64,000 nt of DNA from an uncultured Thermoplasmatales archaeon (lineage in GTDB: Archaea; Thermoplasmatota; E2; DHVEG-1), in contig CAYOTP010000001.1 of the NCBI GenBank assembly GCA_964406955.1, positions 5,240 to 69,239 of the forward strand. The letters run 5' to 3'. A program made the translations under genes and the position numbers. Within the stretch, counting starts at the first letter, position 1; the number at the start of each line of letters is the position of its first letter. Positions 38,709-47,854 of the stretch are shown in pieces. The notes below the pieces were generated by a model. The model was not told the origin of the DNA, made no database searches, and saw only the letters and a list, made by a program, of their open reading frames with translations.

Positions 38709-39278
38709 TTAAGGCAATGGTATCGATGAAAGAGTTTCATAGATTGGCCCTTTGGATGTAAGCGTGCTTTTTTTTAGATGAAGGTGGGTAACAGGTATTT
38801 TTGCAAATTCTGTATTTTCATATTTTTTTAGGATAGAAACAATCTGATCCTTTCCTTTTGAGCTTTTCACCCGTCCAATAGTTAAATGAGCTGAGAACGT
38901 TTTCTTTTCTTTTTTCAATCCTAATTTTGTGCCTTGTTGATTCAATAGATTTGCCATTTCGGAAAGTAAGTTTGATTCTTGTATCCCAATCCAAATAACT
39001 TTTATGTAATTCATATTGGGAAACGCTCCGGTGCCAGATAGTGTAATTTCATGTTTTTTTACTGATGAAACTACTTGTCTTATCACTGATTCAATTGCAT
39101 TAATCTGAGAAATTGAAGTGTCTCCTAAGAATTTTAATGTAATATGAATGTTTTCAGGTTCAACAAGTTTTACGTTCGCATCAGTTTTTTTAATATCCTC
39201 TTGAAGATTAAGGATTTGTTCAGTTACTGGGACTTCAACAGCGATAAATCCTCTAAATAATTCCATGATATCATCCAA
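38709..39278 (-). CDS. thpR: RNA 2',3'-cyclic phosphodiesterase (2H phosphoesterase, ThpR/LigT)
   Basis: Two H-x-T/S-x motifs (HITLKFLG and HLTIGRV). Confidence 0.8.
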   Translation of the reverse strand: MDDIMELFRGFIAVEVPVTEQILNLQEDIKKTDANVKLVEPENIHITLKFLGDTSISQINAIESVIRQVVSSVKKHEITLSGTGAFPNMNYIKVIWIGIQESNLLSEMANLLNQQGTKLGLKKEKKTFSAHLTIGRVKSSKGKDQIVSILKKYENTEFAKIPVTHLHLKKSTLTSKGPIYETLSSIPLP

Positions 39279-39411
39279 TGTTCATAAACAATAACCTGTT
39301 TTTCATACAAAAAGAATGCTGCCAATATTCTTTTGACATTTTTTTTGGATAACAGCTGTCAAATAATTCTTATAAACAGCTACTGACCAAAATAAATAAC
39401 TGTGAGGTAGG

Positions 39412-40329
39412 ATGAAAACGCAACATAAAGTTACCGGTATAATTTGTTCTTTTCTTTGTTTAATTCGACCGTTCACCTTGCTTGCACCTCTTATCGTTTC
39501 GATAAGTATTATGATTGCAAGTTTTTATTATCAACAGGGAAATCAACATCTTGCAGCAGTGTTTTTCCAAACCATACTTCCTGCTAGTTTCTCACTTGCT
39601 ATTATGAATGGTGCATCCAATGCATTGAATCAGGCAACGGATTATAAAACGGATACTTTATCCAAGCCATACCGGCCTATTCCAAGAGGTATCCTTTCAG
39701 TGGCACAAGGAAAAAGAATAGCAATTACTTTGTATATTATTTCAGTGTTACTTGCCTATCTTGTTCATCCCATGTTTCTATTGTTTGTACTTTCTATTTT
39801 ATTCTTTACGGTGACGTATTCCTTGTTTCCTCGGATGAAAGATAAATTGTTTTTCAATCAAGTTTGGATTGCATTACCTAGGGGATTCTTAGGGATACTT
39901 GCCTCATGGAGTGTATTTAGCTCCGTACTCCAACCGATAGTCTTAATCATTGCAATTATTGCTGCGTTGTTTTTATTTGGAGGATCCATTACAAAGGATA
40001 TCGCTGATAGCAACGCAGATCGGTCAACAGGGACCAAAACGTTAGTAAATACCTATGGAGTAAAAAAAGCTGCAGTGTTCAGTTTTCCTTTTATGTTCTT
40101 TCCATTTTTATTGGTTCCTTTAGCTATTGGAGCAGGATTACTACCGGATACATGTTGGACTCTTACCTTTTTAGCTATACCTGGTTTTTACATCTTTACC
40201 TTACTGGTCAATCCTCAAAAGAAACATCGATTTTTTGAAAACACTTCTGCATGGGCTGTTATGTATGCAACCTATTTTATTTATGCACTGATGTTCTCAT
40301 CACTTTCAGTTATCGCATCGGTATTATAA
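39412..40329 (+). CDS. UbiA-family prenyltransferase (DGGGP-synthase-like)
   Basis: NALNQATDYKTD (N..D...D) and DIADSNAD second Asp-rich motif. 8-9 TM helices. Confidence 0.7.
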   Translation: MKTQHKVTGIICSFLCLIRPFTLLAPLIVSISIMIASFYYQQGNQHLAAVFFQTILPASFSLAIMNGASNALNQATDYKTDTLSKPYRPIPRGILSVAQGKRIAITLYIISVLLAYLVHPMFLLFVLSILFFTVTYSLFPRMKDKLFFNQVWIALPRGFLGILASWSVFSSVLQPIVLIIAIIAALFLFGGSITKDIADSNADRSTGTKTLVNTYGVKKAAVFSFPFMFFPFLLVPLAIGAGLLPDTCWTLTFLAIPGFYIFTLLVNPQKKHRFFENTSAWAVMYATYFIYALMFSSLSVIASVL

Positions 40330-40395
40330 TCCTGTTTTAGCTTTTTTATCAAATTAATAATTATTCAATAAATTATAAAAAACAATACGCGGTTA

Positions 40396-40710
40396 TTGTA
40401 TTGTGGTGACATGAATTTGGATGAGGACAAACCAATTGAGGTGAACGTAAAAATGAGCATTAATCAAAAATTACTATTGACTGCTCTTTTAGCTGTTGCT
40501 GGAAGTATTATTGTAACCAGCGTGTTTCTTTATTTTTTTTCACATACCTTCATTTCCATGATCTGTAGTATTTGTATTGGTGTGACCTTACTTTTTTTCA
40601 GTATCTACTTTCCCCTGCAATCACCATATTTTTTTACTATATATGCTGAGATAATAGATATCGAAGAGGAAGAACTTGAAGAGTTACAAAGCATTATGAA
40701 GCCTTGGTAA
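40396..40710 (+). CDS. small membrane protein (2 TM) with acidic C-terminus
   Basis: Hydrophobic helices followed by IDIEEEELEELQ. No recognisable family. Confidence 0.35.
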   Translation: MYCGDMNLDEDKPIEVNVKMSINQKLLLTALLAVAGSIIVTSVFLYFFSHTFISMICSICIGVTLLFFSIYFPLQSPYFFTIYAEIIDIEEEELEELQSIMKPW

Positions 40711-40719
40711 TTTCACTTT

Positions 40720-40920
40720 TTAGCCACCACTTATCATATGGATAACTCTAACGTCCGAATCATCAGGAATGATCGTATCATTATATTGTTTTTTTCTAAT
40801 AATTTTATCGTTGATTTTTACAATGATCAGTGGAAAAGTGTAATGCATTCTTTTGAGAAGATCTGAAACGGTTTCTTGTTCAACAAATTGTATTGTCTTT
40901 CCATTCACTGTAATACTCAT
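40720..40920 (-). CDS. ThiS/MoaD-family sulfur-carrier protein (C-terminal GG)
   Basis: 66 aa with a beta-grasp pattern ending in ISGG. Overlaps the ThiF-like gene upstream. Confidence 0.7.
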   Translation of the reverse strand: MSITVNGKTIQFVEQETVSDLLKRMHYTFPLIIVKINDKIIRKKQYNDTIIPDDSDVRVIHMISGG

Positions 40921-41519
40921 ACTTGTTCACCAATTAAAAGATCCAAAACAATGTTTGCCTGCCAATTTGCCATTAAACAGACTTTAGGTGCAAGCAAGAC
41001 ATCCTGTTCACTTGATTTCGCTTGTTCATCATAACACACATGTAATTCGTTAAGATGTCTAGTAACGATTCTATCGCTATGTCCATATCCTGCCACTCCT
41101 GATGCTGCAACTAGGGGGGTATGTGGGAATTTTTCTATTATATCTTCGATAAAATCTGCTTTTGTTTCAGCTTTATCCAATGCCTCCACAATCACGTCAG
41201 CATTCTTAAACGGATCATGCATTTTTCCTTTCTGTAATTTCAGCTGGATTTTCTCAACTTTTACAGCGGGGTTGATGGTATGGATGACCTCTTGTAACGC
41301 ATCTACCTTATACTTACCAATTTGATTTAAAAAATAGTATTGTCTATTAAGATTACTTTTTTCCACCTTATCGAAATCAACAACGATCAAACAGCCAATA
41401 CCTGATCGTGCTAAAGCAACAGCTACATTTGAGCCAAGACCTCCAGCTCCAGCAATACCAACGGTTTTTCTTGAAAGTATTTTTTGGATTCTTTTTAGTT
41501 TCAGCTCATCCATAGCCAA
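40917..41519 (-). CDS. ThiF/MoeB-family E1-like adenylyltransferase (short form)
   Basis: GIAGAGGLGSNVAVALARSG...DFD nucleotide-binding motif. 200 aa. Confidence 0.75.
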   Translation of the reverse strand: MAMDELKLKRIQKILSRKTVGIAGAGGLGSNVAVALARSGIGCLIVVDFDKVEKSNLNRQYYFLNQIGKYKVDALQEVIHTINPAVKVEKIQLKLQKGKMHDPFKNADVIVEALDKAETKADFIEDIIEKFPHTPLVAASGVAGYGHSDRIVTRHLNELHVCYDEQAKSSEQDVLLAPKVCLMANWQANIVLDLLIGEQV

Positions 41520-43844
41520 TTACCAATCTTCCCAATACTTCTCTTTTTCGGTTGGTGGTTGTTCATTACCTGTATATATCCCACCCCAGTCGTTAAGGCT
41601 ATTTTGTTGATCCTCATCGATTTTTTTCTGAAGCATGGATAGCATTTTTTCATCAGTGAATCCAAGTTGTTTCATTTTTTGTGGCGTTGGAATTCCGTTA
41701 GGTGTCCATCCACGACGATAATAGACTGCATCTGCAAGTTTTTGATACTGATTTTGTCGATAATCATAGAGTTTTTTTATTTTTTCTCTAACGGTTATTT
41801 GTTCAAGATCTTGTTGTGAAATCGCTGTTTTTTCCATAAGGGTTGTTTCATATCTCTCCTTTCGACTGAGATATTCTATTTTTGTAACTGGCCCCATTGA
41901 TCGATACGGTATCCAATCATCCTTTCGTTGTCCTCGCCCCATCCAGACGTTCATGGCCCGTTGCCAGTTGTAACATCGTTCACTTTGAAGTATGAGTTCT
42001 TCCTTATCTACATTCCATCCAGTTACAGCATTTTGATATTCTACATAGTTCTGCACATGTTCCGGAACCTTAGCTGGATCATCTGTTTCAGCGTTATCTG
42101 CAGGCTCTACATCATTCCATGGTAGCTTACACAGGCCATTGAGTCCAAACCATGTCCGCCACATAGGGAAATAATGAAGTGCTTCAGCTTTATCTTTGAA
42201 AGAAGGTATTTGGTTATTTACCATATCCATAAATATGAGCCATGCTTCGTCATGTTGTGGCCCTTTTAATGTAAGTCCATATCCTCCTTGCATAGCAAGA
42301 GATTCCTTTGTAACATATTCACTATATTCCAGGCCCTTACTTTCCATTCCGCATTCTTCAATTAGATATGGGTCCCCCCAACCTTTCTTTTTAAGCCAAT
42401 CTTTCACCCGACGAATTCCTTTACTTGCAACAGTGATAAATTCTCTTTTATCTCCTTTTGCCATTCTATGGATAAGTTCCATAGTAGCTTCTGCATTACC
42501 AAAACAAAGCTCAAGACCATCGCACCTTTCCTTGTTTAATATGCCATATTCATACATTTCCATATAATATGCAATTGCGGTTCCTGTGCTTATCGTATCA
42601 AGTCCATATGTATCGCAATAAAAATTGAATTCAAGTATCCAAAGTGGATCCCAAAGACTCATATTCGATCCGCAACCCACCGTCTCGTATTCTGGTCCAT
42701 CCACTGTTACTTTTTGTCCTTTGTATGGGCCAGTCATTACTGTAAATGCATCAACTGTTTTTGCACAGGCCATGGTGCATCCATGCCAACATCCATCGGG
42801 AATTATTTTTGTAAAAAGTTTAAAGAATTCTGGGGAGTAGATTTTACTTGCTTTTGGAAAACTCCCAAATCGATAATTTTCTGTTGGAAGAAGATCATAT
42901 TCATCCATGATCTCAGCTAGATGAGCGGTCCCAACCGCTCGCATGTTACATTGATATCGGTCAAGATCACGAACTTCTCGATGTAGTTTCGTTCCAACTT
43001 CTGCAAGTTTATCAGGATTTGCTGGATGATTACTCACTCCATCGAACGACCCAACTTTTGCCACCACGGCTTTTACTTTTTTATCTCTAAGGACCGTTCC
43101 AAGTCCCCCCCGTCCGGCTTGTTTCAAACGACAGACCTTTCGACGAATATCATAAAAACTAAAATTCATACAACCCCAATAACTATGCTCAGCTGCTTTA
43201 CCAGAACTAACTGTAGATATCTTCTGTCGGGATTTATCTGAATCTTCAGTTGAATACATATAAGTTAGTTGCTCTGCAAGAAGATGGCTATTTGTTTCTT
43301 CATCAGGTGCAGATTCTATAGTAATTATTCCCTTTTCGCCATTTATGACGATAATGACGTCCTGTTTTGCTTTCCCCTGGATTTCAATAGCATCAAAACC
43401 TGAGAACTTTAGATATGGTCCAAAAAACCCACCAACATTACTATCACAAATGATATCTGTTGAAGGGGATATGGTCAAACATAAGGATTTACCTGAGCCG
43501 GGATATTGGGTCACACCACAGAGAGGGCCAGTTGTGATCACCAGCTCGTTTTCATCACTATTCCAACGAGTTGTTGCTTTTATTGAATCCCATAGTAATT
43601 TGAGACCAAATCCTCGTCCGCCAGTAAAGAGTTTTTTCATTTGATCGGTCACAGGCTTTTCACATATCTCTTTAGTTGAAAGATTAACATAGAGTGTTCT
43701 ATTTGCAAAACCTTTTTTTACTTCTCCTTTTTTGTAAGTGTATTCTGCAAGAATCTTATGTTTTGAACGTAGTTTTTCAACATTCCATCTGTGTTCAGTG
43801 TTTCCTGTATTGTATACTTCAACTGGTATTTGTCCTTCAACCAT
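41520..43844 (-). CDS. aldehyde:ferredoxin oxidoreductase family (tungstopterin enzyme), long 774-aa form
   Basis: AOR N-domain TGGRGFGLKLL. DGPEYET. Cys cluster CWHGCTMAC. C-terminal YYRRGWTPNGIPT. About 45-aa N-terminal and about 50-aa C-terminal extensions relative to ~600-aa AORs. Confidence 0.85.
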   Translation of the reverse strand: MVEGQIPVEVYNTGNTEHRWNVEKLRSKHKILAEYTYKKGEVKKGFANRTLYVNLSTKEICEKPVTDQMKKLFTGGRGFGLKLLWDSIKATTRWNSDENELVITTGPLCGVTQYPGSGKSLCLTISPSTDIICDSNVGGFFGPYLKFSGFDAIEIQGKAKQDVIIVINGEKGIITIESAPDEETNSHLLAEQLTYMYSTEDSDKSRQKISTVSSGKAAEHSYWGCMNFSFYDIRRKVCRLKQAGRGGLGTVLRDKKVKAVVAKVGSFDGVSNHPANPDKLAEVGTKLHREVRDLDRYQCNMRAVGTAHLAEIMDEYDLLPTENYRFGSFPKASKIYSPEFFKLFTKIIPDGCWHGCTMACAKTVDAFTVMTGPYKGQKVTVDGPEYETVGCGSNMSLWDPLWILEFNFYCDTYGLDTISTGTAIAYYMEMYEYGILNKERCDGLELCFGNAEATMELIHRMAKGDKREFITVASKGIRRVKDWLKKKGWGDPYLIEECGMESKGLEYSEYVTKESLAMQGGYGLTLKGPQHDEAWLIFMDMVNNQIPSFKDKAEALHYFPMWRTWFGLNGLCKLPWNDVEPADNAETDDPAKVPEHVQNYVEYQNAVTGWNVDKEELILQSERCYNWQRAMNVWMGRGQRKDDWIPYRSMGPVTKIEYLSRKERYETTLMEKTAISQQDLEQITVREKIKKLYDYRQNQYQKLADAVYYRRGWTPNGIPTPQKMKQLGFTDEKMLSMLQKKIDEDQQNSLNDWGGIYTGNEQPPTEKEKYWEDW

Positions 43845-43846
43845 TT

Positions 43847-44314
43847 TTAATGTCCTCCACCTTGGTCATGATATATAATCTGTTTAATATCTGAAATCTT
43901 AACTTCCACAAGTTCAAGTGCTTGCTCTGGACAAGCTCTTACACAGGCACCACATGAAATACATTTGAAAGGTTCAATGCGCACCGCACTTTTTCTCATT
44001 GCATTTATTGGGCAAAAACCGACACATGCTTGACATCCTATACATGTTTTTTTATCAAGCCATACAACACCATTTTTTCTGCGAGTGAGTGCACCAACTG
44101 GACACATGTCAATACAGAGTCCTCGTTGATCACAGACACTTATTTTAAACGTATCCTTTTCTTTTATAATTCTAATGGCTGATTTTTCGCCACCCTCATC
44201 TGTTTTAAAATGGACTTTTGAGCATGCTTTTTCACACTCCAAACAGCCTTTGCATTTAGAAGGATTAAAACTTAAGGTTTTTGTAACTTTTGGAATTTCT
44301 GCCATTTTTTTCAC
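43847..44314 (-). CDS. polyferredoxin with four [4Fe-4S] cluster motifs
   Basis: Four CxxCxxCxxxCP motifs (CKGCLECEKAC, CDQRGLCIDMCP, CIGCQACVGFCP, CISCGACVRACP). Confidence 0.85.
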   Translation of the reverse strand: MKKMAEIPKVTKTLSFNPSKCKGCLECEKACSKVHFKTDEGGEKSAIRIIKEKDTFKISVCDQRGLCIDMCPVGALTRRKNGVVWLDKKTCIGCQACVGFCPINAMRKSAVRIEPFKCISCGACVRACPEQALELVEVKISDIKQIIYHDQGGGH

Positions 44315-44962
44315 CTATACTGTAAAAATCATATAGTTTGCAATTACAATAAGCCAGCAACATGCTGACAATCCTAACGTTGTTGGGTAATACCATGTGT
44401 CTTTTATGTTTAGTTTCACAACTTTAATGCTAAGTACGGCTGGAACAGTAAGCGCACCGATGAATGCTACGGGGAGTGCTCTTGCAAAATATTGCGGCAT
44501 CATTGCAATGAGATTGGTCAGATAAAAATGACCTGATGAAAGAGGAGTAAGTGTCTGAGTGATAATATAACTACCAACATATATGGCATATCCTGAAAAG
44601 ATTCCTAAGCTAATTTTATTGGTCCACGTTTCTAAATTTTTAAAATCAAATGTAGTGACACTGTAGAAGATGAGTTCAAACAAGAGTCCCTGTGCCATAA
44701 TGGCAAAAGCTGAGCAAAGATGGCAACCTACAAATGGATTTATCATCCGTAAAGACCCTGCAACAAGCCCCATTCCAGCTTGCATACCATAATGGGGATA
44801 TAACCTTCTGCTGATGAGCATAAAAGGCAACGCGAAAAAGCCGGTCATTATCATACCGCTAGGAAGCCCTGCATTGCTAAATACAGGTCCAATAATGACT
44901 TCTGAAAAACCCCAAAGTGATCCTAATACGAGCATTCCCGCAAAAAATTTCAAATTATTCAT
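44315..44962 (-). CDS. polytopic membrane protein of unknown function (6 predicted TM)
   Basis: Hydrophobic throughout. Packed between the ferredoxin gene and the secreted-protein gene with 0-4 nt spacers. Confidence 0.5.
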   Translation of the reverse strand: MNNLKFFAGMLVLGSLWGFSEVIIGPVFSNAGLPSGMIMTGFFALPFMLISRRLYPHYGMQAGMGLVAGSLRMINPFVGCHLCSAFAIMAQGLLFELIFYSVTTFDFKNLETWTNKISLGIFSGYAIYVGSYIITQTLTPLSSGHFYLTNLIAMMPQYFARALPVAFIGALTVPAVLSIKVVKLNIKDTWYYPTTLGLSACCWLIVIANYMIFTV

Positions 44963-44966
44963 ATGA

Positions 44967-45389
44967 TTAATTCACCTCTATTTCAATAATATCACGAATC
45001 CAAAAAGCATGGGCTAAATGTGGAAAATATGATCGCTTTTCATAGGTTAAGATTCCTCGTTTCATGTCTTCCCATGCAACTGTTTGTTGATATCCATCTG
45101 ATGCAATAAGTATATACGAATGGCATGGTGGGCAATCTAAGTCTGTTGTAAGTAATAGATCTGATAGTGAAATACCAGTTTTTTCTCCATCATCTGTTTG
45201 AACTATTTTATTTGAAAAAGTTTGAAATAAGTCTTGCATAGCAAAAGAATGGTCATTGATTGTAATTGACTCCGGATCAATGGGGTGTTGGGTTTGGGTG
45301 GCATGAACGTACAATGTCGATACTGATGCGATGAGGAGAACGGTTATTGCCAAAAGAGGAAGTATGTTTTGTTTTTCTCGTGGAATCAT
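44967..45389 (-). CDS. secreted/anchored protein with sulfite-oxidase-family (Oxidored_molyb)-like domain, copy 1
   Basis: Signal anchor, then GISLSDLL...ILIASDGYQQTVAWEDMKRGILTYE...AFWIRDIIEIEV. Confidence 0.5.
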   Translation of the reverse strand: MIPREKQNILPLLAITVLLIASVSTLYVHATQTQHPIDPESITINDHSFAMQDLFQTFSNKIVQTDDGEKTGISLSDLLLTTDLDCPPCHSYILIASDGYQQTVAWEDMKRGILTYEKRSYFPHLAHAFWIRDIIEIEVN

Positions 45390-45524
45390 TGGTTGCGGAT
45401 AGAGTCTTCTCTATATAATAATTATGATGATTGACTTATTTTTATTGTCCTTCTCAATTTTTATTTATTCGTAGACACATTCATCTTTTTTACCAAACAT
45501 TTTTATTAAAATCTTTTATTACTG

Positions 45525-46418
45525 ATGTGTATGACAAAAAATTCAATTTCAAAAGTAGTTATTGGAATGCTCATATTTGTACTGATGGTGAATGTACCTT
45601 CTTTTTTTGTAGCGAGTGATTCAAATCCGATTGAATCCTTGAAGGTTTCCCTTTTTACCCTTAGTTTTGATGGAACACAGTATGATTTCTCTCTTGATGA
45701 TCTTAAAGCATTTCCATCTATAACTGGAACTGGTGCTCGATTGAAAGCCAACGGTGATGTCGTTGGTCCTTATGAATACACGGGAGTATCAATTCATACC
45801 CTTGCAGAAGAATTTTCATCTTTACCAGGCAGTTTTGATATGATTGCTATATCTGATGATGGATATGTGTTCAAATTCACTTTTGATCAAATTCAAGGTA
45901 ATGTTCAAATCTATAATGAAGAAGGTACTCCACAAGGCATTGGTGATGTGAACCTGATATTAGCTTATGCTGAAGATGGTAATCCATTAGTTCAGGGTGG
46001 TCCTTTACGAATAGCATTTGTTGATAATGATAAATCAGTTACTGATGCATTTCTCTGGTCAAAATACGTAGAGGAAATCGAATTTGTTTTCAATAACAGT
46101 GACATTAATCCTCCGGGTATATCCTTAGATAAACCGGTTGATGCCATTTATTACTTTGATCAAAAACTTATTTCATATTCTTACCCTTTCATTATTGGAG
46201 ATATTACTTTTGAAGTAAGTGTGTATGATGAAAATGAGATTGCTAAAGTTATGTTTATTATTAGTGATGATATAAGATCAAAACAACGATACCATCCCTA
46301 TCGATGGAATTTTGATGAGAAAGGTTTTGGGAAATATACGATTAAAATCGTCAGTTATGATGAATCAGGGAATATAGCAGTAGCTCAGAAGGATTTCACC
46401 ATGTTTAATTTCTTCTAA
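45525..46418 (+). CDS. secreted protein: sulfite-oxidase-family-like domain (copy 2) plus C-terminal Ig-like domain ending in NFF
   Basis: Signal peptide. YTGVSIHTL...IAISDDGY...QGNVQIYNEEG...LILAYAEDGNPLVQGGPLRIAFV...LWSKYVEEIEFV. The C-terminal ~80 aa are homologous to the C-terminus of the 55076-56356 protein. Confidence 0.5.
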   Translation: MCMTKNSISKVVIGMLIFVLMVNVPSFFVASDSNPIESLKVSLFTLSFDGTQYDFSLDDLKAFPSITGTGARLKANGDVVGPYEYTGVSIHTLAEEFSSLPGSFDMIAISDDGYVFKFTFDQIQGNVQIYNEEGTPQGIGDVNLILAYAEDGNPLVQGGPLRIAFVDNDKSVTDAFLWSKYVEEIEFVFNNSDINPPGISLDKPVDAIYYFDQKLISYSYPFIIGDITFEVSVYDENEIAKVMFIISDDIRSKQRYHPYRWNFDEKGFGKYTIKIVSYDESGNIAVAQKDFTMFNFF

Positions 46419-46427
46419 TTCATCTTA

Positions 46428-47099
46428 TTATTTTCTTCTTCTTTTTATCATTGTATTAATTGAATTCTGAATATTCGAATTGATGTCTTGTAATGTGTAA
46501 CAATTAAGATTTACATAAGTTTGAATAAAATGATGTACTAAATTGATTTTTTCTTCGGTGAATTCTGGATTAGTCATTAAAATTGATGCGCATAGATCTG
46601 AAATGTCTTTTATTGGTTCTCCTTTATAAGCTTCCTCAAAATCAACACCATAAATAGCATGATTTTTGGTTAAAATAAAATTTCTAAGATGGGCATCACC
46701 GTGAATCAATGACTTGTTTAATGATTGAAAATATGTGTGAAATTGGTAAAACCACTTTGCAAGTTGCGTTATGATTATTATTTTTCCATTTGTATCAATT
46801 TGCGAGTCATTGATGACATCACAGATATTGTTTCCCGGGATGTGTTGTAAAATCAAAAATTTATCTTCTTTATCTTTCTTGATTAAATGCGGTTTCAGAA
46901 AAGGGGTAGTTGTCTTTGAAAGTATATGATATTCTTTCCAAAAATGTTTCTCTTCTCCTTGTTGAAACCATTTTAGAACAAAAAAGCTTTTATTCTTTTC
47001 AATCAAACAAACAGTATTTTTCTTACTCTTAAAAACTTTAATCAACCGAGAATCAGGCAATGTTTTGTTTTTTAATAGTAATGAAGAGATGGAACTCAT
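46428..47099 (-). CDS. protein-kinase-like fold phosphotransferase (Bud32/RIO/Kdo-kinase-like catalytic loop)
   Basis: Brenner motif LIHGDAHLRNFIL followed by YGVDFE (DFG-like). A VLKW region plausibly holds the catalytic Lys. 223 aa. Confidence 0.5.
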   Translation of the reverse strand: MSSISSLLLKNKTLPDSRLIKVFKSKKNTVCLIEKNKSFFVLKWFQQGEEKHFWKEYHILSKTTTPFLKPHLIKKDKEDKFLILQHIPGNNICDVINDSQIDTNGKIIIITQLAKWFYQFHTYFQSLNKSLIHGDAHLRNFILTKNHAIYGVDFEEAYKGEPIKDISDLCASILMTNPEFTEEKINLVHHFIQTYVNLNCYTLQDINSNIQNSINTMIKRRRK

Positions 47100-47137
47100 A
47101 ACATGTAGAATATAAGATTGATGAAAAAAGAAAGGAA

Positions 47138-47824
47138 TTAGGCAATATATACGATTTCAATCGTAGTTACCATTTTTGCCCAAAGACTGGATGATGTAAT
47201 CGGTGTATCTTCTCCGACGAAAGCAATACGTAATGGACCGATTTCGTTTTCAGTATCAAATTCCGAATAATATTTTCCATTTTCCTTAAACGCAACAATC
47301 ATCGTAGTGGTTTCACTTTCAACTATTGAACCAGTTTCATTGTATATTTCAACAGTACCTTGTGTTTCATTCATGGAGTATGTTGTTATCCAGTCATCAC
47401 TTGATATAATGTTGATTTTATATTTTTCAGAGGATATATTTACCCTTTCAATTAATGATTTGATCGGTATGCCAGTATAATTATAAACTGTTCCAAGAAC
47501 TACGGAATCTGGTAGTAATCTAGTTTTAATGTATCTGCCAGAGCCAGTATAAGATGGTAAACTTTCCAGATCAAAAAGGGTGTAGGTATAATTAGTTCCT
47601 TGGTGCATGATGGTTAGAATGATTCCATCATCAATTTTTTCGCTGTCTGAAGTATCTGATCCATTATTTCCATTACCTGCAGAATCGTTTGTTCCATTAT
47701 CTGTTGAATTATCATTTATGCCATCATCTGAATTATACATATTGGTATAGGCAAAGACGCCAAAAGCAATAGCAATGACAATTACCAGGGCCAATGTGAT
47801 GAGCATATTCTTATTTTGGGCCAT
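47138..47824 (-). CDS. secreted/anchored protein with N/D/S/G-rich linker and sulfite-oxidase-family-like domain, copy 3
   Basis: TM/signal. Linker DDGINDNSTDNGTNDSAGNGNNGSDTSDSE. YNYTGIPIKSL...ISSDDW...QGTVEIYNETG...MIVAFKENG...GPLRIAFVGEDTPITSSSLWAKMVTTIEIV. Confidence 0.5.
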   Translation of the reverse strand: MAQNKNMLITLALVIVIAIAFGVFAYTNMYNSDDGINDNSTDNGTNDSAGNGNNGSDTSDSEKIDDGIILTIMHQGTNYTYTLFDLESLPSYTGSGRYIKTRLLPDSVVLGTVYNYTGIPIKSLIERVNISSEKYKINIISSDDWITTYSMNETQGTVEIYNETGSIVESETTTMIVAFKENGKYYSEFDTENEIGPLRIAFVGEDTPITSSSLWAKMVTTIEIVYIA

Positions 47825-47854
47825 GAATGATGGAAAATAAGAAATCTTTAAAAA

